49,649 nucleotides of DNA from a bacterium. Its GTDB lineage: Bacteria; CSSED10-310; JAJRTK01. How positions within the stretch are numbered: the first letter of the stretch is position 1; the number at the start of each line of letters is the position of its first letter. The translations under genes were made by a program, and so were the position numbers. Below the pieces are notes generated by a model that did no database searches, had not been told where the DNA came from, and worked only from the letters and a program-made list of their open reading frames with translations. Below are positions 28,247 to 37,558 of the stretch, piece after piece. The stretch is taken from contig JAJRTK010000459.1 of assembly GCA_024278345.1 (NCBI GenBank), positions 1-49,649 on the forward strand, read 5' to 3'.

Positions 28247-29050
28247 TCACCGAAACCGCTTGACGAGGCGGACGCGGTTCCCCGCAGGATTATAGATCAA
28301 CTCATCGGCAAACTGTCTCACCAGAAAAATTCCCCTTCCGGACGGAACGAGGAGGCGACCGGGGCTTGTGGGATCTGGAAGTGCATCAGGATCAAATCCC
28401 GGTCCTTCGTCTTCGATGCTGACACTCACTCCGCCAGCTTCCACCCGATAATTCACGGCTACCGTTTTGGTCGTGTCCCCGGCATTCCCATGCTGGAGAG
28501 CATTGGCCCCCAACTCTCCCAAACAAAGCTTCAGATCCACGAGTTCCTCGTCGGTGGCACGAGTGGAGTGGCGCAACATATCCATGAGAGTGTTGACCAT
28601 CCGAAAAAACTCGATGGAGGTGCGCAGGCAGACTGATCCTTCATGGGGGAGCCGCAATCCGGCAAAACGTCGAGCCTCCTGATCCAGCTCAGACACGAGG
28701 CCGGTAAGCTCCATCGGGGGGTGGATCGTGAGGTTCGCCCCCGCCCTGAGCACCTCACGAATTCTTGGATGCTCGGCATCGCCAAAGGCAACCACCATGA
28801 AAGGAAAGTAGAGAACCGGATCTCGTTTCCAACGCCGGATGAACTGGACGAGATCAAACTCGGCAAGCTCCCCGTCAAGAAGAACGAGCCGAGGAAATGG
28901 CGTCCGTCGGCCACGGGCTTCCAGCTCGGCCCCAGATGAGAAGAGCTTCACCTCAATTCCGATTTTCTCGAGGATTGCGAAGACATCTCGAAAAAAACGG
29001 TGCCTTCCCATTGCCATGAGATGCCAACAGTCTCTCACTGACTCACCCAC
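28247..29050 (-). CDS. RsbW/SpoIIAB-like anti-sigma kinase (HATPase_c_2) with N-terminal atypical receiver domain
   Basis: ELGANALQHGN, DEGPGFD, SGRGIFLV motifs; N-terminus has LVLLD and RAGA but no conserved KP. Confidence 0.85.
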   Translation of the reverse strand: MGESVRDCWHLMAMGRHRFFRDVFAILEKIGIEVKLFSSGAELEARGRRTPFPRLVLLDGELAEFDLVQFIRRWKRDPVLYFPFMVVAFGDAEHPRIREVLRAGANLTIHPPMELTGLVSELDQEARRFAGLRLPHEGSVCLRTSIEFFRMVNTLMDMLRHSTRATDEELVDLKLCLGELGANALQHGNAGDTTKTVAVNYRVEAGGVSVSIEDEGPGFDPDALPDPTSPGRLLVPSGRGIFLVRQFADELIYNPAGNRVRLVKRFR

Positions 29051-29931
29051 AGCGCTCTCTCTATACCGGCCAAGTCGTGGAGGACCTCGACATTGCCAAA
29101 ACCGCGACCGCGCGCGAGGGCTACCAAGTCCCCCATGAGCCCTCGGCCAGTTTCGAGAACGAGGACGCCATTTGGATCCAAAACCCGGGCAGCGTCAGCA
29201 AGAACTCTCTCCGTTACTTCGAGGCCGGATGGCCCACCGTCCAGAGCCAGGGAAGGCTCGTAAAGAGCCACTTCTGGCATGGTCTCCAAGACCTTCCTAC
29301 TGGGAATGTACGGTGGATTACAGACGATGAGATCCACCTTCTGAAGGGAAGGGCCCCAACAAGAAAGAAGATCGGCTGCCACAAACCGCACCCTGTCGCC
29401 CAGGCCATGGTCCAGAACGTTTTTCCTGGCATACGCCAGTGCTGGGAGGCTGCAGTCCACGGCAATCATTCTATCAAGCTGGAGCTCCATGGCCAGGGCA
29501 ACCGCCAGCGGGGCCGCCCCGCAGCAAAGGTCGATCACCGTCCGCAAGCGCCGAGTTCCAAGGCGCCGGCAAACAGAACTCACCAGCAGCTCCGTTTCAG
29601 GCCTAGGAATCAAGACACCAGGCCCAATACCCAGCTCCACGGACCAAAACGCTTTTCTACCGATGAGATAGGCCATAGGCTCACGACGGCAACGACGCTC
29701 CAACAGCCGATGATAGCGGTAGCGTGCTTCCGGTGGAACTTCTTTGTGCCACTGCGCGTAAAGGTGCTCCCTTGGCCCCTCCAACACCTTGGCAAGAAGC
29801 AAATCCGCATCGAGTCCCGGACTGGCGATGCCGTGCTTTCTCAATTCCCGGCGGCCAACCTGGAGAAGATCCGCGATAGAAGTCCCTGCCCCCGGAGCGG
29901 CGTTTCTGCACTCAAAGGCAGCCATACCCAT
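29035..29931 (-). CDS. prmC: Release factor N5-glutamine methyltransferase
   Basis: REPMAYLIG.K.FW, VLIPRPETE, NPPY, ALDGG; downstream of prfA. Confidence 0.95.
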   Translation of the reverse strand: MGMAAFECRNAAPGAGTSIADLLQVGRRELRKHGIASPGLDADLLLAKVLEGPREHLYAQWHKEVPPEARYRYHRLLERRCRREPMAYLIGRKAFWSVELGIGPGVLIPRPETELLVSSVCRRLGTRRLRTVIDLCCGAAPLAVALAMELQLDRMIAVDCSLPALAYARKNVLDHGLGDRVRFVAADLLSCWGPSLQKVDLIVCNPPYIPSRKVLETMPEVALYEPSLALDGGPSGLEVTERVLADAARVLDPNGVLVLETGRGLMGDLVALARGRGFGNVEVLHDLAGIERALWVSQ

Positions 29932-29997
29932 TCAGACGCCCTCCACGAATTGTAGCCCGAGGTTTTCACGCCCCACACGCGCGGCTCGCCCAACGAT

Positions 29998-31098
29998 TCA
30001 AGAGGCTCTGGCCTCTTCCTCCGCGAGCCGCTCTTCAAACGCCCTGGACAGGAGGATGGAAGAAACTTCGCCCAAAAAAGAAGCAAGCCCACCCTGAAGA
30101 ATGGAATCGAGTTTGTAAACCGTCACTCCCGCCCGATGATCAGTGACCCGGCCTTGGGAGAAGTTGTAGGTTCTGATCTTCGCACTCCGGTCGCCAGTTC
30201 CCACCTGACTCCGCCGCTGCGCGGAAATCTTCGCCTGCTGTTCGCGGCGAATCCGGTCCATCAAACGAGATCGTAGGATTTTGAGGGCCTTGGCCTTGTT
30301 TTTGTGCTGCGATTTCTCATCCTGGCACGTCACCACCAACCCCGTGGGCTTGTGAGTGATTCGAACCGCGGAATCCGTCGTGTTGACGGACTGGCCTCCA
30401 GGCCCGGAAGAGCGATAGAAATCGATTCTCAGCTCGTTGGGATCGATATCGACATCCACCTCTTCTGCCTCGGGAAGTACGGCAACCGTCACGGCGGAAG
30501 TGTGGATTCGGCCACTGGATTCCGTCGCCGGAACGCGCTGCACTCGATGGACGCCACTCTCGAACTTGAGGCGCTGGTAAACATTCTTGCCAGAAAGAAG
30601 AAGAATCCCTTCCTTGAGGCCACCGGATTCCGATTCGTTGAGGCTCATCATCTGAACACGCCACCCCGAAGTCTCAGCAAACCGGCTGTACATTCGCAGG
30701 AGCTCCATGGCGAACAAGGAAGCCTCTTCCCCGCCTGTGCCAGCCCGGATCTCCAACAAAACGTTCTTTCCGTCATTGGGGTCTTTGGGCAACAAGAAAA
30801 ACTTGAGCTTGGATTCCAGGAGATCACGCCGGGCCCTCGCTTCCTCCAATTCCTGGCCCGCCCATTGGGCAAGCTCTTCATCGCCTGCGCTGTCGGCAAG
30901 CATGGAGGAAGCCTCTTCTTCGGTTTTCACAACGGAGCGGTATTCCTGGAGGGTGCGATAAACGTCCCTCAGCTCGGCAAACTGCATCGCCAGCTCACGG
31001 TACCTAGAGGGAGTCCCGGCCACTTGGGGATCTCCGAGCGATGCTTCGAGCTCCTTGTATTTCCGTTCCACAGTGCTCAAATGGCGAAGAAGATCCAT
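29998..31098 (-). CDS. prfA: Peptide chain release factor 1
   Basis: GGQ motif (SGPGGQSVN), RF1 PAT tripeptide (QRVPATES), IRTYNF. Confidence 0.97.
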   Translation of the reverse strand: MDLLRHLSTVERKYKELEASLGDPQVAGTPSRYRELAMQFAELRDVYRTLQEYRSVVKTEEEASSMLADSAGDEELAQWAGQELEEARARRDLLESKLKFFLLPKDPNDGKNVLLEIRAGTGGEEASLFAMELLRMYSRFAETSGWRVQMMSLNESESGGLKEGILLLSGKNVYQRLKFESGVHRVQRVPATESSGRIHTSAVTVAVLPEAEEVDVDIDPNELRIDFYRSSGPGGQSVNTTDSAVRITHKPTGLVVTCQDEKSQHKNKAKALKILRSRLMDRIRREQQAKISAQRRSQVGTGDRSAKIRTYNFSQGRVTDHRAGVTVYKLDSILQGGLASFLGEVSSILLSRAFEERLAEEEARAS

Positions 31099-31334
31099 AT
31101 TCCTCCCCCAGGATTCTTGGGGTGTCGATTCTTACCCGGAACTCTCATCAGGGATCGTAACGAGGCAGGCTGAGGGGTAGTTCCACCAAGGACAAGGAGA
31201 GGCGAACACCGGCGGCATAGTCTTTTGCTACGTCGAGGATCCGACCGACGAGGACGCCGGTGAAAACGACGGGCAAGGCACCGCGGTAGAGTCGTGATGA
31301 GATATTCGGGCCTGCGCCCCACAAGGGCGGTTTT

Positions 31335-31556
31335 CTATTCTGTCTTGCTTTTCTCTTGGAACTTTCCGTATTTCTTGGCAAATTTTTCGATGCGGCCCGC
31401 CCTGTCGATAAACTTCTGGCGGCCAGTAAAAAATGGGTGGCAGGTGGAGCAGATTTCGATTTTGATTTCGGGAAGCGTCGATCTCGTTTCGACGACATTT
31501 CCACAAGCACAAGTGATGACACACTTCACGTAATCTGGATGAATGGACTTTTTCAT
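31335..31556 (-). CDS. rpmE: 50S ribosomal protein L31 (zinc-binding type A)
   Basis: [23 protein letters not shown]. Confidence 0.97.
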   Translation of the reverse strand: MKKSIHPDYVKCVITCACGNVVETRSTLPEIKIEICSTCHPFFTGRQKFIDRAGRIEKFAKKYGKFQEKSKTE

Positions 31557-31617
31557 ACTGGTTTCCTCATATTCCACCAAGCGCCCCAGAAGCGCTTTCC
31601 TCAACAGCTGAACCATG

Positions 31618-31707
31618 GAGCGGCTCCGGTACCGTGAGGAGCTAGCACATTTCGAGGGTTGTATTACTGCTCGTAAACGAGCGGCTCCGGTACCGTGAGG
31701 AGCTAGC
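31618..31707. repeat. 29-bp direct repeat flanking a 32-bp unique insert (CRISPR-like single unit)
   Basis: GAGCGGCTCCGGTACCGTGAGGAGCTAGC at 31618-31646 and 31679-31707; period 61 bp; internal GCTCC/GGAGC palindrome. Confidence 0.85.
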
Positions 31708-32971
31708 TGTTCATGGTCTCGATAAATTCATCGTTCGTTCGTGTCTTACTCAGACGATCAAGAATAAAAGTCATGGATTCCTCCGTATCCATCGTACTGA
31801 GGAACTTCCTGAGAATCCAAGACCGATTCAATTTCTCCGGACTGGTGAGGAGCTCTTCCCGGCGGGTTCCGGAACGGCAAATATCGATGGCGGGCCAAAC
31901 CCGTTTGTCCGCCAGCCTTCTGTCCAGATGCAGCTCCATGTTGCCAGTTCCCTTGAACTCCTCGAAGATAACATCGTCCATTCGGCTACCGGTATCGATG
32001 AGGGCTGTGGCGATGATTGTCAAGCTGCCCCCATTTTCGATGTTTCTGGCCGCCCCAAAAAATCGCTTTGGCCCCCGCAAGGCGTTCGTGTCGATCCCAC
32101 CGGTCATCACTCTTCCACTGGCAGGCTGAAGCGTGTTGTGGGCACGAGCCAAGCGGGTGAGGCTGTCGAGCAGAATCACAACGTCCCGACCGCATTCTAC
32201 CATGCGCTTTGCCTTCTCGATCACCATGTCCGACACAGCGACGGAGCGGTCCGCTGGCTCGTCAAAGGTTGAAGAAATCACCTCCCCGCGCACGGAGCGC
32301 CGCATGTCCGTGACTTCCTCCGGCCGTTCATCGACGAGAAGAACCAGAAGTACGACTTCTGGATGATTCAAAGCGATGGCGTGAGCTATCGCCTGAAGAA
32401 GCATCGTTTTCCCGGTCCTTGGCGGCGAGACAATCAGACCGCGCTGTCCCTTTCCCACCGGGATGAAAAGATCCATAACCCGCGTCGATAGCCGATCCGG
32501 CGCACACTCCATGACCAGTCGCTCTTCGGGGTAGAGAGGCACGAGGTTGTCGAACTTCACCTGCTTGCCACGTCTTTGTTGCGGTTCCTCGAGATTGACA
32601 TTCTCCACGCGGAGCAGGGCAAAATATCGTTCATTCTCCTTTGGAGGACGCACCAAGCCCGCGATGGTGTCTCCAGTCCGCAACCCGAACTTCCCAATCT
32701 GAGACGGAGAGACATAGATATCGTCTGCTCCCGGCAGATAGTTGGAATGGGAATTGCGAAGAAAACCATATCCCTCGGGGAGCTTTTCCAGGACACCATC
32801 GGCGTAGATCTGGCCGTTGCTGTCGCTCTGGGCCTGAAGGATCTGGAAAACGAGCTCTTGCTTCCGCAAGTCACCGATCCCCTCGAGCTCAAACGAATGA
32901 GCGATCTCCGTAAGCACGGCGATACTCTTGGATTCCAAGTCCGAAATCCGCAGTACGTTCGTCTTTTCCAT
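31703..32971 (-). CDS. rho: Transcription termination factor Rho
   Basis: [47 protein letters not shown]. Confidence 0.98.
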   Translation of the reverse strand: MEKTNVLRISDLESKSIAVLTEIAHSFELEGIGDLRKQELVFQILQAQSDSNGQIYADGVLEKLPEGYGFLRNSHSNYLPGADDIYVSPSQIGKFGLRTGDTIAGLVRPPKENERYFALLRVENVNLEEPQQRRGKQVKFDNLVPLYPEERLVMECAPDRLSTRVMDLFIPVGKGQRGLIVSPPRTGKTMLLQAIAHAIALNHPEVVLLVLLVDERPEEVTDMRRSVRGEVISSTFDEPADRSVAVSDMVIEKAKRMVECGRDVVILLDSLTRLARAHNTLQPASGRVMTGGIDTNALRGPKRFFGAARNIENGGSLTIIATALIDTGSRMDDVIFEEFKGTGNMELHLDRRLADKRVWPAIDICRSGTRREELLTSPEKLNRSWILRKFLSTMDTEESMTFILDRLSKTRTNDEFIETMNS

Positions 32972-33276
32972 GGCAAATGAACTCGTGGGGAATGGCGCAA
33001 AGACATTCTGCGCAAAAAACTGGCAATTTCTGGGCGACCATCGCAGAACGACAAGGCGCCAGGCGGGTTTCGGCGGGAAGGGGCCAAGCTGAGCTTGAGC
33101 ACGCTAACAGGCCAAGGAACCGGTGTCAAGAATCGGTCGATCTTGCGGAGCCGACAAATCGAAGCAGTCGTATTGCTAGACGACCGGAGGCACTCTATGC
33201 TAAAGCCCCTTCGCCAGGAAGCCAATCATCAGGTCGCCCGTGGTCACATCCTAGACTCGCCGGAGGTTGCCCGAAT

Positions 33277-34191
33277 ATGAAGTCAGCGGTTCTCGATGGC
33301 CGAACAATCGCCGCCTAAGTCCGAACGGAAATCGCATCGCGGATCCGCGACAGCGGTCTTCGTCCGAGGCTAGCGGCCGTCATCGTCGGAGACGATCCAG
33401 CGAGCATGCTCTATGTCTCAAACAAGCGCAAGGCCTGCGCCGAAGTTGGGATTGACTCCGAGACCCTGCACTTCCCAACGGGGACGACAAAAGAGGAGCT
33501 GATCTCCCGGATTAGGATCCTTGGCGCCGATGCCAGAACCCATGGCATACTCGTGCAACTTCCCCTCCCCGCTCACCTGAAAACTGAGGATATCATTGAG
33601 GAGATCCCCCCATCCAAGGATGTCGATGGCCTCCATTCCAGCAACGTTGCAAATCTGACTTTGGGGCGGCCTGGTTTTGTCCCATGCACCCCGGCGGGTG
33701 TCATGGAAATCCTCCACAGATCCGCCGTGCATCTCGAGGGAATGCACGCAGTGGTCGTCGGCCGTAGCAACCTCGTGGGGCGGCCCCTCCTGCAACTGCT
33801 CTTGCGGGAAAACTGTACCGTCAGTGTGTGTCACTCCAAGACCCGCGACCTTGGAGCCATCACCAAGCAAGCGGACCTCCTTGTGGCGGCTATGGGCCGA
33901 CCGGCGGCTCTCGGCTTCCGACAGATAAAAAAAGGTTCCATCGTCATCGACGTGGGTATCAATCGCCTTTCAAAAGAGGAGGCTCCGGCCCATTTTTTTA
34001 CCCGCGGCTCCCGAACCGCACGGATTTTGGAGAAGAGAGGGAAGGTTCTGGTGGGCGATGTCGATCCGTTTGCCGCGAAGGAGCTTGCGTCAGCTTACAC
34101 ACCGGTTCCCGGGGGCGTCGGTCCCATGACCATCGCCATGTTGCTAAATAACACTTATCTTGCCGCGAAAATGGCAGCGGAGCTCTCGTGA
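33277..34191 (+). pseudogene. folD: Methylenetetrahydrofolate dehydrogenase/cyclohydrolase with in-frame TAA at codon 14 (pseudogene or sequence error)
   Basis: GGAGG RBS, MKSAVLDGRTIAA*VRTEI...LAAVIVGDDPASMLYV in one frame; KDVDG, PCTP, GRSNLVG, TPVPGGVGPMT motifs. Confidence 0.85.
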
Positions 34192-34988
34192 ATGACCGAA
34201 CTCTGCGTAAACTCCTAGAGCAAGTGGCCTCCGGTTCCGTCGCTCCGGAGACAGCCGCCCGAAATCTTGTGGATCTTCCCTTTTCCGATCTCGGTTACGC
34301 CAAGCTCGATCACCACCGGGAGCTGCGACACGGTTTACCGGAGGTCGTTTTTGGTCAGGGAAAAGAACCGCACCAGATTGCCGCGATAGCAGCGGCGCTA
34401 CAAGAAAAAGGGCAAAACCTCCTGGTCACTCGTGCAGATTTAGCAGCATTCGAAGCTGTTCTGGAGCAGGTTCAGACAGCCGAATTCAATGCCACGGCCA
34501 AAACGATCACGGCTCAGGCCAGTCCTCCGCTCCAGCTCCCTGGAAACCTCCTCATCGCGGCAGCCGGCACGAGTGATCTTTTCGTCGCTGAGGAGGCTCG
34601 GGTTTGCGCAGCCGCTTTTGGGCTTCAAACCGAACTTTTGTGCGACGTGGGTGTGGCGGGAATACATCGCCTTTTCCGCCACCAAAAGGAGCTCAAACAG
34701 GCCGCCGTGGTCATCGTCGTTGCGGGTATGGATGGAGCTCTTCCAAGCGTTCTTGCGGGACTCGTTGGAACTCCAATCATCGCGGTTCCCACCAGCGTCG
34801 GATATGGCGCGAGCTTTGGGGGGATCGCGGCGCTTCTGGCCATGCTTAACTCCTGCGCCGCCGGAGTCACCGTGACGAACATCGACAACGGGTTTGGAGC
34901 GGCCTTTGCCGCCTACAGGATTCTCCGCGGGGCAAAGAAAGATGGAACAGCGCCTCGAACCGGCCCCCAACCGCCGCCATCTGGCTGA
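34188..34988 (+). CDS. larB: Nickel-pincer cofactor biosynthesis protein LarB
   Basis: DHHRELRHGLPEVVFGQGK, AGTSD, DVGVAGIHRL, PTSVGYG, NIDNGFGA. Confidence 0.93.
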   Translation: MNDRTLRKLLEQVASGSVAPETAARNLVDLPFSDLGYAKLDHHRELRHGLPEVVFGQGKEPHQIAAIAAALQEKGQNLLVTRADLAAFEAVLEQVQTAEFNATAKTITAQASPPLQLPGNLLIAAAGTSDLFVAEEARVCAAAFGLQTELLCDVGVAGIHRLFRHQKELKQAAVVIVVAGMDGALPSVLAGLVGTPIIAVPTSVGYGASFGGIAALLAMLNSCAAGVTVTNIDNGFGAAFAAYRILRGAKKDGTAPRTGPQPPPSG

Positions 34989-35043
34989 ACCGATGGCCAA
35001 GGAGTGGCCCTGTGACGGAAGCCTGAAAACAATGGAAGAACAA

Positions 35044-35100
35044 GGCGAGTAGCGCGAACGGCCGTGAGCGATGGGAGCGGAAGTCAACCCGAAAGAAAAA
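35044..35100 (+). repeat. Dispersed structured motif (family C), copy 4
   Basis: GGCGAGTAGCGC...GCGATGGGAGCGGAAGTCAACCCGAAAGAAAAA. Confidence 0.55.
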
Positions 35101-35182
35101 CGTCAATTTCAACACGACTCTCCCGTTGGAGAGTTGGTCGAAGCCCTTAGCCATCTGACCGGTGGCGAATCAGAGGAGAGTT

Positions 35183-35875
35183 ATGAAACCCCAGACACCG
35201 TCACTTCGCGAGATCCTGCTCAAAACTCTTGAGGACGGCAAGATCTCCAGAGGCGAAAAAAAGGCACTTCGGGAGCTGCTTGTAGACGAGTCACCGGACA
35301 AGAGGTCCGCCGACTTGAACCGGCACCTTGCCTTCGAACTTGCTCAGGATGCCTTGAAACATCCCCATGATCGGCGCGTCGTGCAGTGGCTCGAAGATGT
35401 AGTGAAACTGCTGGACAGGAAGAACGAACGCCAGAGTTCATTTCATTCCGAGGCTCTTTTCAGTCCGAGCCCCGCCTGTCCGAAGCGTATCGTAGAATTC
35501 CTTGAAAGCGCCAGGAGTTCTGTGGACATCTGTGTTTTTACTATCACAGACAATGATATTGCCCGCGGCGTCATGAAGATTTTTCAAAGAGGCATCGCGG
35601 TTCGGATCATCACGGACGATGACAAAGCTCACGATATGGGCTCCGACGTGAACCGCTTCCGCGAAGCTGGGATTCCCACGGCAGTGGACCAAAGCTCGTA
35701 CCATATGCACCACAAATTCGCCGTTGTCGATGAGCGGCTTCTGCTGACGGGCAGCTACAATTGGACCCGCGGCGCCGCACGGCAGAACGAGGAGAATATC
35801 GTCATTACAGAGGATCGCCGCCTCGTCCGGGCCTTTGTCCAGGAATTCGAGCGGCTGTGGAGCGAATTCGCCTAA
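35183..35875 (+). CDS. Phospholipase D-superfamily (single HKD, Nuc/Zucchini-like) protein
   Basis: MHHKFAVVD...TGSYNWT...NEEN motif; GAGGAG RBS. Confidence 0.9.
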   Translation: MKPQTPSLREILLKTLEDGKISRGEKKALRELLVDESPDKRSADLNRHLAFELAQDALKHPHDRRVVQWLEDVVKLLDRKNERQSSFHSEALFSPSPACPKRIVEFLESARSSVDICVFTITDNDIARGVMKIFQRGIAVRIITDDDKAHDMGSDVNRFREAGIPTAVDQSSYHMHHKFAVVDERLLLTGSYNWTRGAARQNEENIVITEDRRLVRAFVQEFERLWSEFA

Positions 35876-35992
35876 ACTCGGGTCCAAAAAAGAGTGCCCA
35901 GAGATCACGCCATGGGCACAGAACTTGAATGTTATGGAACAAGGGGGAATAATGGCGTCTCTTTCCGGTTCCAGCAAGAGGGAAACTGAGTC

Positions 35993-37333
35993 ATGAGACC
36001 TTTGACTCCGAAGGAAATCGTTCGCGAGCTCGACAAGTACATCATTGGTCAGTCCGCGGCCAAGCGGGCAGCCGCCGTGGCTCTGAGAAATCGTTGGAGA
36101 CGCCAGCAGGTTTCGCCGGAGCTACGGGAGGAGATTTACCCCAAGAATATCCTGATGATCGGTCCCACTGGTGTGGGAAAGACCGAAATTGCCCGGCGCT
36201 TGGCGAAACTAGCAAACTCGCCTTTCCTCAAGATCGAGGCTTCGAAGTTTACGGAAGTCGGTTACGTCGGTCGGGATGTTGAATCCATGATCCGAGATCT
36301 CACCGAGCTCGCCGTGAGTATGGTGCGAAAAGAAAAACAGAGCCAGGTGGAGCGAAGGGCGTCCGAGCTCGCTGAGGAGCGGCTCCTCGATCTTCTTCTC
36401 CCACCATCGCCCCCTATGGCCGACGAGGGATTGGAGAGCCGGGGAGGGGGAAGTGCGACGCGGGAAAAGCTTCGTGAGTCCTTCCGCAGGGGTGGCCTCG
36501 ACGACCGGTTTGTGGAGCTTGATGTTCCGGAAGGCCCGCCATCGACGAATTTTCAGGTGTTCAGTTCATCGGGGATCGAAGAAATCGGCATGCAGTTCTC
36601 CAAGCTATTGCCAGGGCTCTTTCCCAACCGAGTCGCGAAAAAGAAGGTCAAGGTGGGCGAAGCTTTTCGGCGTTTGACTCAAGAAGAAGCACAAAAACTC
36701 ATCGACAACGACGCAGTCATTCGCGAAGCGATCGAGCGGACCGAACAATCGGGGATTGTCTTTCTGGACGAGCTCGACAAGATTGCCGGGCCGCGAGCGA
36801 CTCAGGGGCCAGATATATCGAGAGAGGGAGTCCAGCGGGATCTTCTGCCGATCATTGAAGGAACCACCGTGACGACCAAATATGGGATGGTGAAGACTGA
36901 TCATGTTTTGTTCTTGTCAGCGGGAGCATTCCATGTGTCGCGCCCATCAGATCTCATCCCCGAGCTCCAAGGCCGTTTCCCCATTCGCGTGGAGCTCCGA
37001 TCTTTGACGGAAGATGATTTTTTCCGGATCATGACCGAGCCTAAGAACGCGTTGATCCGGCAATACCAGGCACTACTGGAGACCGAAGAGGTCGAGCTCA
37101 TCTACCGGGATGATGCCCTTCGCGCCCTGGCCAAGCTAGCCCAAAGAGTCAACGAAGAAACCGAAAACATCGGTGCGCGGCGACTCCACACTCTTCTCGA
37201 AAAGCTTCTTTCCGAGATTTCCTTCAACGCGCCTGACCTTGCTGGCAAGACGATTGTCATCGACTCAGAAATGGTGGAACGGGAGCTTGGCGGTATCATC
37301 GAGGATCAAGAACTCTCACGTTACATCTTGTAG
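35993..37333 (+). CDS. hslU: ATP-dependent protease ATPase subunit HslU
   Basis: [45 protein letters not shown]-terminal SRYIL. Confidence 0.97.
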   Translation: MRPLTPKEIVRELDKYIIGQSAAKRAAAVALRNRWRRQQVSPELREEIYPKNILMIGPTGVGKTEIARRLAKLANSPFLKIEASKFTEVGYVGRDVESMIRDLTELAVSMVRKEKQSQVERRASELAEERLLDLLLPPSPPMADEGLESRGGGSATREKLRESFRRGGLDDRFVELDVPEGPPSTNFQVFSSSGIEEIGMQFSKLLPGLFPNRVAKKKVKVGEAFRRLTQEEAQKLIDNDAVIREAIERTEQSGIVFLDELDKIAGPRATQGPDISREGVQRDLLPIIEGTTVTTKYGMVKTDHVLFLSAGAFHVSRPSDLIPELQGRFPIRVELRSLTEDDFFRIMTEPKNALIRQYQALLETEEVELIYRDDALRALAKLAQRVNEETENIGARRLHTLLEKLLSEISFNAPDLAGKTIVIDSEMVERELGGIIEDQELSRYIL

Positions 37334-37558
37334 GCTTGGGCTAAGGTGGATCACCTGGGTCGCGTGCAATTACCATGAAAGTACACGCAAAGCAGACATC
37401 CGTCTTGCCGTGAAAGTACACGCCGGCATGGAGACCGGAAGGCCTCCACGCGAAAAGATTAGGTGGCTAAAACACCGGAGGCTTCGGCGTCCTGCCTTTC
37501 ATCTTCCGGGGTGTTGGCCAGCCCTACATGATTGTTAAGTGAGTGCAAGGATGAAGAG

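Noticed and set aside
31100-31334. Small gene or structured RNA between rpmE and prfA
   Set aside because: No convincing start/RBS or family motif; only an 8-bp inverted repeat (CACCGGCG/CGCCGGTG)
33316-33318. Stop-codon reassignment as explanation of the folD TAA
   Set aside because: TAA terminates many intact genes here (e.g. pilB, pilC, pilR) and the tmRNA tag; RF1 looks canonical
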